From Candidatus Uhrbacteria bacterium RIFOXYB12_FULL_58_10 (GTDB taxonomy: Bacteria; Patescibacteriota; Patescibacteriia; UBA9934; GWF2-40-263): 61,450 nucleotides of DNA. Below the pieces are notes generated by a model. The model was given only the letters and a program-made list of their open reading frames with translations. It ran no database searches and had not been told where the DNA came from. This document shows, piece by piece, positions 32,950-42,917 of the stretch. The stretch lies in contig MGFA01000021.1 of assembly GCA_001791645.1 (NCBI GenBank), positions 1-61,450 on the forward strand. The letters are read 5' to 3'. The position numbers were made by a program, and so were the translations under genes. Positions within the stretch are counted from its first letter, which is position 1; each line of letters starts with the position of its first letter.

Positions 32950-34165
32950 GACGTTCTGGCAAATAACATTGTTCTGCCTCCTTTGGGTTTTTAAAATCTG
33001 GAGTATATTTGTATCCATCGCCGAACCCAAGGTTTTTCATGAGCGTGGTGGGGGCATTGCGAAGGTGGATTGGGACTGGTTCCGCCGGAAGGTCGCGGAT
33101 GTCGCGCTGGACGCGGCCATAGGCAACGTAGAGCGCGTTCGATTTTGGCGCCTGTGCAAGGTATGCCACGCATTGGGCTAGGATGACGTTACATTCCGGC
33201 ATGCCAATTTGGTGGCTTGCCTGGAACGCCGCGACCGCCTGGACAAGCGCGTTTGGGTCCGCGAGCCCAATGTCCTCCGAGGCAAAGCGAACGAGTCGTC
33301 GTGCCACGTATATTGGGTCCTCGCCGGCCTCGAGCATGCGTCCGAGCCAATAGAGCGCGGCGTCCGCGTCCGAGCCGCGCATTGACTTGTGAAGCGCGGA
33401 GATCACGTTGTAGTGCTCCTCGCCCGCGCGATCATAGAGCAGATGCGTTTTTTGAAGGGCGTCCGCGACGCGCGTTCGGTCGACGTGGCCGGTGCTTGCC
33501 GCGAGTTCGAGCGCGTTCAACGCCACGCGCGCGTCGCCGTTTGACATCATCGCGAGATATTCCAAGGCATCATCGGCAGGCGGGGCTGTCATGGAAAGAC
33601 CGCGTTTTGCGTCTGATAGCGCGCGCCTTAAGATCGCGACGATGTCAGGAACATCGAGCATTTCAAGGATGAACACGCGGCAGCGGGAAAGAAGGGCGGC
33701 GTTCACCTCGAATGACGGATTTTCGGTTGTCGCGCCAATCAGGATGATGGTTCCGTGTTCGACCGCGGGAAGAAACGCGTCCTGCTGCGCCTTGTTGAAA
33801 CGATGTATTTCATCGACGAACAAAATCGTTTTTTCTCCGTACAGCTTTTGACGGTCTGCCGCCCCCGCGATGACCTCACGGATGTCCTTCACCGTTCCGG
33901 AAACCGCGCTGAACGGGACGAAGTTTGCCTTTGTTTGTTCGGCAATGATTTTGGCAAGCGTTGTTTTTCCGCTTCCGGGCGGTCCCCAAAAGACCATTGA
34001 CGGGATTTCGTCGCGAACAAGCGCTTCCCGCAAAATGGTTCCTTCGCCGATGATTTTCCGCTGTCCCTCATATTCCTCAAGCGTTTTTGGCCGCATTCGC
34101 TCCGCAAGGGGTGCGCTTCGGTTTTCGGTCTCCGGAGAGTCAAAGAGGGTTTTGGGCTTGGCCAT
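32918..34165 (-). CDS. rarA: Replication-associated recombination protein A (MgsA)
   Basis: PLAERMRP, GPPGSGKT, DEIHRFNKAQQD, TTENPSF, SEDIGLAD. Confidence 0.96.
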   Translation of the reverse strand: MAKPKTLFDSPETENRSAPLAERMRPKTLEEYEGQRKIIGEGTILREALVRDEIPSMVFWGPPGSGKTTLAKIIAEQTKANFVPFSAVSGTVKDIREVIAGAADRQKLYGEKTILFVDEIHRFNKAQQDAFLPAVEHGTIILIGATTENPSFEVNAALLSRCRVFILEMLDVPDIVAILRRALSDAKRGLSMTAPPADDALEYLAMMSNGDARVALNALELAASTGHVDRTRVADALQKTHLLYDRAGEEHYNVISALHKSMRGSDADAALYWLGRMLEAGEDPIYVARRLVRFASEDIGLADPNALVQAVAAFQASHQIGMPECNVILAQCVAYLAQAPKSNALYVAYGRVQRDIRDLPAEPVPIHLRNAPTTLMKNLGFGDGYKYTPDFKNPKEAEQCYLPERLKGKKYLRPT

Positions 34166-34242
34166 AGGATAATACTGTAGCACGAACACGGATCCTTTGA
34201 TTTATTGACGGTTTTTCTATTTCTAGGTATGCTGCGCGGGTT

Positions 34243-35058
34243 ATGTTTATCACTGTCATTACCGATTGTCGCGACGCCAACGCGCAGTCACGCCAGGAAA
34301 CTCGTTACGCCGAACTGTTTCCTGGAACGCACGTGTCGTTCGTGGGCGTGACTTCGGACATCGAGGCGGCGGGAAATCTCATCGACATGCTTGACGCCGC
34401 GGGCGATGCCGAGGGAGTGGTTGCCGTAAACGTGGCACCACGCCATGGCCGGGCAAAGGAAAAGTGGCCGAATGGAACGCCGTTTGGGTACCTTTGGTTC
34501 AAGAAGGTACTGATCGTGTGCACCATTGACGGCGAAACGTTGTCGCTTTTGAAAAAGTTCGATCTTGCGGACCGAGTGAACGTAACGGATATCCGCGAGG
34601 TGATGGCATTTGGCGGATATGATGCCCCGACGATTGAACGCGCGGCTACCAGCCAGTTTCGTAGCTTTGATTATCTTCCGCGTCTCGCGCGCATCGTATG
34701 GGAGCACAAGCGCGTCCCGTGCGAGGTTCTGCCATTTTCAGAAGTTCCGGACGCGGGCCTGGGCGTATGGTGGATTGATTCCTTTGGCAACTGCAAGACC
34801 ACGCTGCTCCAGAGCGATATCCAGTTCGAGGAAGGGGCAAAGCGTGAGATCGTGCTTAACAAGTTGGCGATAGAGGCCACTTGTTATGCGCAACTTCGCT
34901 CTGTGCCGGATTACTACACCGGGCTCATCGCCGGGTCATCGGGATACGGCGACAGGCGATTCATTGAGCTCGTCGTACAGGGAAGCTCCGCGGCAAAGCA
35001 TTATCAGATCAGCCAGAAGGATACGTTTGAAATCAACGTTGGCGAGAAAGCCGTATAG
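34243..35058 (+). CDS. SAM hydrolase/halogenase-like (DUF62) protein
   Basis: ITVITD, QFRS, WIDSFGNCKT, GSSG...IELVVQG. Confidence 0.7.
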   Translation: MFITVITDCRDANAQSRQETRYAELFPGTHVSFVGVTSDIEAAGNLIDMLDAAGDAEGVVAVNVAPRHGRAKEKWPNGTPFGYLWFKKVLIVCTIDGETLSLLKKFDLADRVNVTDIREVMAFGGYDAPTIERAATSQFRSFDYLPRLARIVWEHKRVPCEVLPFSEVPDAGLGVWWIDSFGNCKTTLLQSDIQFEEGAKREIVLNKLAIEATCYAQLRSVPDYYTGLIAGSSGYGDRRFIELVVQGSSAAKHYQISQKDTFEINVGEKAV

Positions 35059-35148
35059 ACCCCTTATGCGTCCGCGATAGATGCGGTCCGGATACGGTTT
35101 ACATGATACCAAAAGACCCGCTGTCGCGGGTCCATTTCTTCGATTTGT

Positions 35149-36603
35149 TTAAACGCCCATGCCTCCGAAGAATTTGCGCGGAGCCATCTTCGGCCTGCGG
35201 CTCCCGCCGCTGCGTCCGCCGGGTTTGGATCCGCCCTGTGGCCTTCGTGATGGCACTCCTTCAGCCTTTGCGCCCTTGTCGCGACGGTATTCTGAATCAT
35301 AGGAGGGGCGCGGGGCACTCGCGCCGATCACCGAGGTACTCCGCGGCCTCGAAGACGACGAAGCGCCATGGGTAGGACGTGGCGCGCCGCCCCCGTGTCC
35401 GCCATGCGGACGGCGAGAGAATGAGCGACTGTCACGGTCGCCTGCGTCGGACATGTCGAGTTTGCGCGCGGGCGGGAGATCTGGAGTTTTTGTGATGTTT
35501 AGCTGGATGCGAACGAGCTTTTCAATTTCACGCACGTCTTTGCCCTGGTCCGGCGTGGCGAACGAAATGGCCTTGCCGGCCATTCCGGCGCGGCCCGTGC
35601 GACCGATGCGGTGCACATAATCTTCAGCCTGGTCCGGAAGGTCAAAGTTTATCACGAGTTCGATGCCGGTTACGTCAATGCCGCGCGCGGCAATGTCAGT
35701 GGCGACCAACACGCGGTACTTGCCGTTTTTAAAACCTTCGAGCGCCTCGCGACGTTGGCTAAGCGAACGATTCGAGTGAATTTCCGCGGCCGTGAAATCC
35801 ATCTTTTTTAGCATACGCGAGATTTTGGTCGCTCCGTGCTTGGTGCGCGAGAACACGAGAACCGTGCCGTGATACTCGTTGAGCAGTTTTTCAAGCAAAC
35901 GGATTTTGTCGGATTTTTCGACCACGAACAATTCCTGCGCGACCCCTTCGGCCGCGGTTCCAGAGCGCGCGATTTCCACGCGCACCGGCATGGCCATGTA
36001 GTTCGCGGCAATCTTTGAAATTTCCGGCGGCATGGTCGCGCTGAACAGGAGAGTCTGGCGCTTCGGCGGAACATGCTTGAGCACGCGGTTGATTTGCGGG
36101 GCAAATCCCATGTCGAGCATACGGTCCGCTTCGTCGAGCACGAGGACCGTGACATTCGAAAGGTCGACGCTTCGTTGGTCCAAGTGGTCGTTGAGACGAC
36201 CGGGGGTGGCGACAATCACGTGCGGATTCTTTTTGATCGCCGAGATCTGGTTTCCAATGGAAGCCCCACCAATAAGCACGGCGGTGCGAAGTCCTGCCTG
36301 TTTGCCGATTTTCTGCAGTGTCTCATCGACCTGCAGCGCCAATTCGCGCGTGGGAAGCAAAACGAGGCCGCGGCCCTTGGTGGCCGCGAGCCGCATGAGC
36401 ATGGGGATGGAGAAAGCAAGGGTTTTGCCCGTTCCCGTTTGCGCGATGCCGATGACGTCCTGTCCTTGGACGGCGATCGGGATGGCTTTCTCCTGAATCG
36501 GAGTCGGCGTGACATACTTAAGTCGGGCAAGGACGTCGAGCAAGCTCGGCGCGATTCCAAGCCCGTAGAACCCACCATTTTGGGGGTTTTGGGTGTTGGT
36601 CAT
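35149..36603 (-). CDS. DEAD-box RNA helicase (RhlE-like)
   Basis: PTPIQ, AQTGTGKT, PTRELA, DEAD, SAT, HRIGRTGR; basic tail. Confidence 0.96.
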   Translation of the reverse strand: MTNTQNPQNGGFYGLGIAPSLLDVLARLKYVTPTPIQEKAIPIAVQGQDVIGIAQTGTGKTLAFSIPMLMRLAATKGRGLVLLPTRELALQVDETLQKIGKQAGLRTAVLIGGASIGNQISAIKKNPHVIVATPGRLNDHLDQRSVDLSNVTVLVLDEADRMLDMGFAPQINRVLKHVPPKRQTLLFSATMPPEISKIAANYMAMPVRVEIARSGTAAEGVAQELFVVEKSDKIRLLEKLLNEYHGTVLVFSRTKHGATKISRMLKKMDFTAAEIHSNRSLSQRREALEGFKNGKYRVLVATDIAARGIDVTGIELVINFDLPDQAEDYVHRIGRTGRAGMAGKAISFATPDQGKDVREIEKLVRIQLNITKTPDLPPARKLDMSDAGDRDSRSFSRRPHGGHGGGAPRPTHGASSSSRPRSTSVIGASAPRPSYDSEYRRDKGAKAEGVPSRRPQGGSKPGGRSGGSRRPKMAPRKFFGGMGV

Positions 36604-36728
36604 ACGAAATAAGGTGACCCGATTCCTTCGGGTCACCTTAATCGTTGACACACGAGGTTCGAGTCCGTTGGCCCTGTCAGCAGGGTCAAATCACAAAGAA
36701 TACTACCTCATTTCTTCAGAAATGTCAA
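36604..36728 (-). promoter_or_regulatory. Promoter and structured leader of the helicase gene
   Basis: TTGACA(36728)-N17-TAGTAT; hairpins at 36689-36668 and 36640-36610. Confidence 0.65.
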
Positions 36729-36760
36729 GATTTTATGGGTCTGTGCTAAAATGCTGCCAC

Positions 36761-38536
36761 ATGCGACCGCTTCTTGAGGCTACGGGCCTCGTGAAAATCT
36801 ATGGGAGGCAGAAAGTCCTTGACAAGGTCTCGTTTGTCATTTCCGAGGGGGCTCACATAGGATTAATTGGAAGAAACGGTTCCGGAAAGACAACCCTTCT
36901 CAGAATTCTGGCAGGTGACGAAGAATGCGACGGCGGGGACGTGCGCCAGATGCCTTGGGCGCGGCTTGGCGTGCTGCGACAGCACGATTTGCTTCCGGAA
37001 ACCGGCACGACGATCGCGTTTTTGGCGGACGGCAGCGGTCGGCCTGAGTGGGAATGCGCGAAACTCGCCGCGCGGTTCGGACTTTGTCCCGCGGAGCTTC
37101 AAAAGGCGCCGGCGTCGCTGTCGGGCGGCTATCAGATGCGCGTGAAAATCGTCCGCATGCTGCTCGATCGTCCGACGCTGCTGTTGCTCGACGAACCCAT
37201 GAACTATCTTGACCTTCCGACGTTGCTCCTACTCGAGGAATTCCTGAAGGATTATCCGGGCGCGTTCGTAATGACCTCGCATGATCGGGAGGCCATGCAA
37301 AACATCTGCGCGTCTACCTGGGAAATTGAGCGCGCCATGCTTTCCGAGTTTCCAGGCGACTTGGAGACATATCTGGATTGGAAGGAAGAACAGGCCGAGT
37401 TCGTGCGGCGGACGAACAAGAGACTCAGGCGTGAAATGGCGGACGCGCAGGCGTTTGTTGATCGCTTTCGCGCGAAAGCAAGCCTGGCAACTCGCGCGCA
37501 AAGCAAGATGAAACATATTGCCAAGCTCCGCACGCAGCTGCGGCAAACTGGAACGGATCTTCCAACCGCAGCGTTTCGCATCCCGTGTCCGAGAATCACA
37601 TCGGGTCCGGCCGTAGTATGCGACGGACTTTCCGTAGGGTATGGCGGCATGGCCGTGGTGCGAGATATTTCGCTCGATATTCCGCGCGGGGCAAAGGTGG
37701 GAGTGGTCGGAGAAAACGGGAGAGGGAAGTCAACGCTCCTGAAGACGCTCGCGGGGATACTTCCCGCCATCGACGGAACGTACAAATGGTGGCATCATGC
37801 GGATATCGGCTACTTCTCCCAATTGTCGGAGGACACCCTGTCTCCGGACATGACCGTGCTGCAAGCGCTCACGGCTGCCGCGCCGTCGGACGCATCCGCC
37901 GAGCAAGTGCTCGCCGCGGCCGGCGCGTTTCTTTTTCGAAACGACGACCTTGAAAAGCCCTGCCGCGTGTTATCCGGCGGCGAGCGTGCTCGCGTCCGTT
38001 TGGCCCGTCTCATCCTCCGAGCACATAATGTGCTCATCCTCGACGAGCCAACGAACCATCTGGACGTCGAAACGGTCGAGGTGCTCGCCGGAGCCTTGAA
38101 GCAGTATCCGGGAACGGTCGTCGTGGTGTCTCACGCTCGTACGTTCATGAACGCGCTCGTGGATCGTTTGTATGAGATTCGGTCCGGTTCCATCCGGCAC
38201 TATACGGGGACCTATGAGGAATACGTGTCCGACCTCACGGCGTACTCGGAGGAGGTTTCGCACGCATCGGCCGACGTGGCGGACGAACGCATTGAGGCGA
38301 ATAAGGAGCGCAAGGAGCGCACGGCCGTTCTTCGACAGCTTCGACGATCACAGGAACGGTTCGAGGCGAGGATGGCGGCCGTCGACAAGGAAAAAAGCAT
38401 GTTGCTCGCCTTCTTTTTTGAGAATCCGACCGATTATGCGCCGGACAAGGCCATGCGGCTTGCGGAGCTCAATGACGAACTTTCCAGTCTTGAAAAGGAG
38501 TGGCTCGCGGTCGAAGAAAAAATAATCCTGGCATAA
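36761..38536 (+). CDS. ABC-F family ATP-binding protein
   Basis: Two ABC domains (GRNGSGKT/LSGG/LDEP and GENGRGKS/LSGGE/LDEPTNHLD), no TM segments. Confidence 0.93.
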   Translation: MRPLLEATGLVKIYGRQKVLDKVSFVISEGAHIGLIGRNGSGKTTLLRILAGDEECDGGDVRQMPWARLGVLRQHDLLPETGTTIAFLADGSGRPEWECAKLAARFGLCPAELQKAPASLSGGYQMRVKIVRMLLDRPTLLLLDEPMNYLDLPTLLLLEEFLKDYPGAFVMTSHDREAMQNICASTWEIERAMLSEFPGDLETYLDWKEEQAEFVRRTNKRLRREMADAQAFVDRFRAKASLATRAQSKMKHIAKLRTQLRQTGTDLPTAAFRIPCPRITSGPAVVCDGLSVGYGGMAVVRDISLDIPRGAKVGVVGENGRGKSTLLKTLAGILPAIDGTYKWWHHADIGYFSQLSEDTLSPDMTVLQALTAAAPSDASAEQVLAAAGAFLFRNDDLEKPCRVLSGGERARVRLARLILRAHNVLILDEPTNHLDVETVEVLAGALKQYPGTVVVVSHARTFMNALVDRLYEIRSGSIRHYTGTYEEYVSDLTAYSEEVSHASADVADERIEANKERKERTAVLRQLRRSQERFEARMAAVDKEKSMLLAFFFENPTDYAPDKAMRLAELNDELSSLEKEWLAVEEKIILA

Positions 38537-38547
38537 GCCAAAGCGGT

Positions 38548-39057
38548 ATGCGCGTTCCAAAACGCCGTGGCGAACAATTGGCTCAGACGAAAAAGACACA
38601 CGATGCGTTTTTAACGCCCGCGGCCATTCAGCGCATGCGTGATGAAATCCTGCGACTTGAAAAAAAGGAGCGCCCGCCCGCGGCCGAGGAATTGCGTCGT
38701 ACGGCGGCCATGGGGGATTTGTCGGAAAATGCCGCGTATTCATATGCGAAATTGCAACTTCGGCGCATCAACAACCGCATTGATTCGCTCAAGCTTCGCG
38801 TGGCGAACGCGATTCCGATTGAATCCGGAGTGGGTGAGGATGGACGTGTTCGGATCGGAACAAGCGTGACTGTTCGCGCGGGAGGGCGTGAACAGACGTT
38901 TGAAGTCGTTGGCGCGCAGGAGACGAATCCATTGCGCGGACGCATCTCGTATTTGTCTCCCATCGGCGCCGCGCTCATGGGAAAGAAGAAAGGAGAAGGG
39001 GCAACGGTCGCCACGGCCTTCGGAGAGGTCACGTATGAAATTCTAGGGGTTCGATAA
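38548..39057 (+). CDS. GreA/GreB-family elongation factor
   Basis: GDLSENAAY, ISYLSPIGAALMG. Confidence 0.9.
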   Translation: MRVPKRRGEQLAQTKKTHDAFLTPAAIQRMRDEILRLEKKERPPAAEELRRTAAMGDLSENAAYSYAKLQLRRINNRIDSLKLRVANAIPIESGVGEDGRVRIGTSVTVRAGGREQTFEVVGAQETNPLRGRISYLSPIGAALMGKKKGEGATVATAFGEVTYEILGVR

Positions 39058-39059
39058 TT

Positions 39060-40304
39060 ATGCGTATCGCGATCATTGGCGGAGGGGCTGCCGGGCTCAT
39101 GTGTGCCGCAACCGCGCTCGAAGCTTATCCGGACGCCGAAGTGTTTTTGATCGAGCGCAACGATGGGCTTGGGAAAAAGGTTATCATTTCCGGCGGAGGC
39201 CGATGCAACGTTACGACCGGCATTCGCGACGTTCGGACGCTTCTCACCAAATATCCGCGCGGCGGCAAATTTTTAACGCGCGCCATGCATCGATTCTCGC
39301 CGGAAGCCGTGTATGCCTGGTTTGAAGAACACGGAGTGCCATTAAAGACGCAGGCGGATCAGCGCGTGTTTCCGCGGTCGGACGATGGGCATGATATTGT
39401 CCGGGCGTTTGAAACTTTTTTCCAAAATCCACGTGCTCATCTTTTGTTGAACACATCTTGTATTCAGGTAGAAAAACAAAAGGATGAGTTCGTCTTGACG
39501 CTAAGGGGAACAGACGAGCCATTGCGAGCCGATGCGCTTGTCCTTACGACGGGCGGACAAGCATACCGTCAAACCGGATCCACGGGCGACGGCTATGCGT
39601 TCGCCGCCGCGCTCGGCCACACCATTACCCCGCTTGCTCCGTCGCTCAACGCGTTTTATACGAGCGAGACCTGGCCCGGGGAGCTTTCCGGGCTGTCGTT
39701 TCAGAACGCGACCGTCTCCTCGCCGCGTGACAGGCGCTTTTCGTTCACGGGCCCGTTTCTGTTCACGCACAAGGGGGTGAGCGGACCGGCCGTGTTCGCC
39801 CTGTCTTCGATTGTTGCCTTTGAAACGTACGATGCCAGGCATCCGCTCGAAATTCGCATCGACCTGTTTCCCGAGCGGACGTTCGATGCGATGCGGGCCG
39901 AGATCGAACAATACGCCGCGGAAATGCCAAACAAGCAGTTCGTCAACGTACTCGGAATGACCGTTCCAAAATCCTTGTCCGAAGTGATAATTCGCGAGCT
40001 TGGCATTTCGGAAACGAAGCGCGCGAACCAGGTGGCCAAAAAAGATATTGCGCGCGCCGTCGAGTGGCTAAAAGGAATTCCATTGCATGTGGTGCAACGC
40101 GGGTCGGGGGATGAATTCGTCACGGCCGGTGGCGTGGAGTTGTCTGAGATCGACCCCGGGACTATGGAGTCGAAGGTGTGCCCAGGTTTATTTTTCGCCG
40201 GGGAAATTCTGAACGTGGACGGATTTACGGGTGGATTTAATCTCCAGGCTTCCTGGGCCACCGGACGCCTGGCAGGAGAGAACGTTGGGAAAACACACAA
40301 ATAA
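39060..40304 (+). CDS. HI0933/BaiN-family flavoprotein
   Basis: GGGAAG, SGGGRCNVT, FTHKGVSGP, VTAGGV, GFTGGFNLQ. Confidence 0.93.
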   Translation: MRIAIIGGGAAGLMCAATALEAYPDAEVFLIERNDGLGKKVIISGGGRCNVTTGIRDVRTLLTKYPRGGKFLTRAMHRFSPEAVYAWFEEHGVPLKTQADQRVFPRSDDGHDIVRAFETFFQNPRAHLLLNTSCIQVEKQKDEFVLTLRGTDEPLRADALVLTTGGQAYRQTGSTGDGYAFAAALGHTITPLAPSLNAFYTSETWPGELSGLSFQNATVSSPRDRRFSFTGPFLFTHKGVSGPAVFALSSIVAFETYDARHPLEIRIDLFPERTFDAMRAEIEQYAAEMPNKQFVNVLGMTVPKSLSEVIIRELGISETKRANQVAKKDIARAVEWLKGIPLHVVQRGSGDEFVTAGGVELSEIDPGTMESKVCPGLFFAGEILNVDGFTGGFNLQASWATGRLAGENVGKTHK

Positions 40305-40325
40305 AAGACTCGGACAGCTCGATAG

Positions 40326-40787
40326 TCAGGAGCTTTGCGGGTCTTTTTCCTTTCCAAACGCGACGACGATCCAGTCCTCGAGAAACCGGAGGAACTCTTC
40401 GCGACGGTCCTCGAAGCACGCCTCGGCTAAATGGTCGAACGGGCGGCTTTCCGGAGTGTATTCAAAATGGACGCGGATTTCCCGGTCCATGAAAACGCGC
40501 AAATGATACTGAAAGTGGAAGTTGGCCAGCTTTCGTAGCCCGATGATTTCGTCGCTGTCGACCCAGGCGATGCGATGGTCACAAAACCCGTGATGCGTCT
40601 TTAGGTGTTCGATGAGTCCTTGGACCGACCGGCCAGGCGCAAGGTATCCAATGAGGAAATTTTGGCGAATATTATGTCGGATGATGCCGAGCCTCAGCAA
40701 TGCGTCGCGGACATAAGGAAACACCGGGGCGAGCACGGCCCAGGCAGAAGCCTTGAATCTGTCGAATAACGAGAGGCGAATGTACAT
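40326..40787 (-). CDS. Hypothetical protein
   Basis: 153-aa ORF filling the gap; QYHLRVF...HFEYTPE. Confidence 0.7.
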   Translation of the reverse strand: MYIRLSLFDRFKASAWAVLAPVFPYVRDALLRLGIIRHNIRQNFLIGYLAPGRSVQGLIEHLKTHHGFCDHRIAWVDSDEIIGLRKLANFHFQYHLRVFMDREIRVHFEYTPESRPFDHLAEACFEDRREEFLRFLEDWIVVAFGKEKDPQSS

Positions 40788-40853
40788 GTTTCGAGTATAG
40801 CAGAGCCATTGACAGGACGGAACAAATTTGGTTCAGTGCGCGCGGAGGTGCTT

Positions 40854-41933
40854 ATGGAATCAGCAGACAAGCCCGTCGTGCCGTTCAATCCGAACGGGGG
40901 CCTTACCCTCGTCGCAATGCCCGGGTTCGAGGAACAGGCACGACGCGCGGCGCGGCGCGTGGACGAACTGAGCCGCCGTTCCGCGAACAAGCAGTATACC
41001 CCCGTGGATCTGGCGATCCCGGAGGTCGGGGAGCATCCGAGCGGCGAACCATACATGTATCTCGGGAAGCGGCACATCGGCGGGCACGACTGCGTGATCA
41101 TCACGAGCGGCCCGGGAACCCACCAGATGCAGAGCGAGCTCTTCTGGGTCCTGAACCACCTGCAGGGCAGGCACGCGGGGCGCATCACGGTGGTCACCGG
41201 CTACTTCCCCCTCGGTCGCACGGACAAGGATGAGGGCGAAAAGGGGTTCGCCATGGTGTCCTACGTGGTGGCGATGATGCAGGCGGCCGCGAACGACAGG
41301 CTGTCGCGCATCGTTTCGGTGGACATGCACGCGGCGCAGACCGTTGGCGCGGGTCGCTCCGGGAGCATCACCGAGCTGTCGATGGTGCGCGTCGTGCTCG
41401 ACCGCGCCATCCGCGACGTGTTGAACGCGGGGCAGAGACCCGTGCTGGTGTTTCCGGACGACGGGTCTGCAAAGCGCACGGGGGAGGCGATCGACCGGCT
41501 CGAGGCCGATCTTCGCATGCACCTGCCCGTGGTGTGTGGCATCAAGCGTCGCAAGTCGAGCACCCATGCGGAGCTGCGCCGGCTGTTCGGCGACGTCGAC
41601 CAGCTGCCTGGCGCGATCGCGCTCTGCGTCGACGACGAGATCGCCACCGGAGGGACCAACGTCACCGCCGCCGCCGGCATCATCGGCGAGTACCGCGCCC
41701 TCGAAGTGCGGACGGTCGTCACGCACGGCGTGTTCGGGAAGGGCTTCGCGGAACGATTTTCCGTGTCCGATTGCCCGGTGAGCCGCGTGTACGTCACCGA
41801 TACCATCCCGCCGCGCCCGTGGCTCGCAGGCTTCCTGGAGTCCGGGAGAATCGTGGTCGTCCCTTGGACGGACGAGCTTGCGGAGGCGCTGTACTTCATG
41901 CACTGGAACACGTCGATTCGTTCCATGCGCTGA
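40854..41933 (+). CDS. Divergent ribose-phosphate pyrophosphokinase-like protein
   Basis: RTDK, VDMHA, FPDDG, VDDEIATGGT, THGVF, VTDTIP; GGAGG SD. Confidence 0.8.
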   Translation: MESADKPVVPFNPNGGLTLVAMPGFEEQARRAARRVDELSRRSANKQYTPVDLAIPEVGEHPSGEPYMYLGKRHIGGHDCVIITSGPGTHQMQSELFWVLNHLQGRHAGRITVVTGYFPLGRTDKDEGEKGFAMVSYVVAMMQAAANDRLSRIVSVDMHAAQTVGAGRSGSITELSMVRVVLDRAIRDVLNAGQRPVLVFPDDGSAKRTGEAIDRLEADLRMHLPVVCGIKRRKSSTHAELRRLFGDVDQLPGAIALCVDDEIATGGTNVTAAAGIIGEYRALEVRTVVTHGVFGKGFAERFSVSDCPVSRVYVTDTIPPRPWLAGFLESGRIVVVPWTDELAEALYFMHWNTSIRSMR

Positions 41934-41961
41934 CTTCATTGGCCAATTTCGGCCAATTTTT

Positions 41962-42885
41962 TTATCTCCTCAGTCCGCGGCCGGTGACTAGGGTGCCGAT
42001 GAGCGAGACCACGAGCGATGCGACGATAATCGCGAATGGGATCCAAAGATGGTTTGCGAAGGGAAGCCCCTGCACGTTCATTCCGTAAAAACTCGCGATG
42101 AGCGTTGGCGGCATGAGCGAAACCGAAATGACCGTGAGCGTGCCGAGACGGTCGTTGGTGCGATGCGCCAGCACGGTTTCGTTCACCTCGAACAGGGTGT
42201 CCACGGTCGCGTGGAGATTGGCAACGTTCACGCGATAGCCGTCGAGCTTGTCCTCAAGATCCTCGAAGTACACGCGGTGCTCCTCGGGAAGGAAGTCGCG
42301 CTTCATGTCGCCGAGTTTTCGGATCACGCGGCGCTGCGGCTCGAGCGAGTGCAGGAGGTGGAGCACGTTGCGGCGAAGCGCGCCGAGGCGGATGGTGGTT
42401 TCGCGGGCGTTGTGTTCCGCGACCTCTTCCTCGAGCAGGTGTGTTTCTCGCATGAGTTCCGCGATGATGCGGCCGTATTCCTCGAACACCGCGTCAAGCA
42501 CGTGGTAGGTGAGCAGGCTGACGGGCTGGCCGGACTTTGTCGTTTCACGCCGCATGCGCGGCGACTGCCTGACGAGTTGAAAATATCGGTCGAGCGCCTC
42601 GATCGGCTCGGCCGCGGCCGTGACAAAGTAGGTGTTTTCCAGAAACATCGCGAAGTGCCTGTTGCGAAGCTCGCGTCGCACGCGGTCGTATCTTGGGACG
42701 ATAATGATCGCCATCGCGTAGTACTTGTATTCGTCGAGCTTCGGAAAGTCCGTCGCCTCCGCAATGTCCTCGTAGTCGAGCGTATGAAATTTAAATGTGG
42801 CGCGCATCGCCTCCTGCATGGGCGCGTCGCATGGCGATGCGTGCCACCAGGTGTATGCCTTTTCTTCGAGGTTTGGAATTTCCAT
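41962..42885 (-). CDS. corA: CorA-family Mg2+ transporter
   Basis: PPTLIASFYGMN and two C-terminal TM helices. Confidence 0.88.
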   Translation of the reverse strand: MEIPNLEEKAYTWWHASPCDAPMQEAMRATFKFHTLDYEDIAEATDFPKLDEYKYYAMAIIIVPRYDRVRRELRNRHFAMFLENTYFVTAAAEPIEALDRYFQLVRQSPRMRRETTKSGQPVSLLTYHVLDAVFEEYGRIIAELMRETHLLEEEVAEHNARETTIRLGALRRNVLHLLHSLEPQRRVIRKLGDMKRDFLPEEHRVYFEDLEDKLDGYRVNVANLHATVDTLFEVNETVLAHRTNDRLGTLTVISVSLMPPTLIASFYGMNVQGLPFANHLWIPFAIIVASLVVSLIGTLVTGRGLRR

Positions 42886-42917
42886 AGGACATGCGTTACG
42901 TTCCTGGCAATGATACC

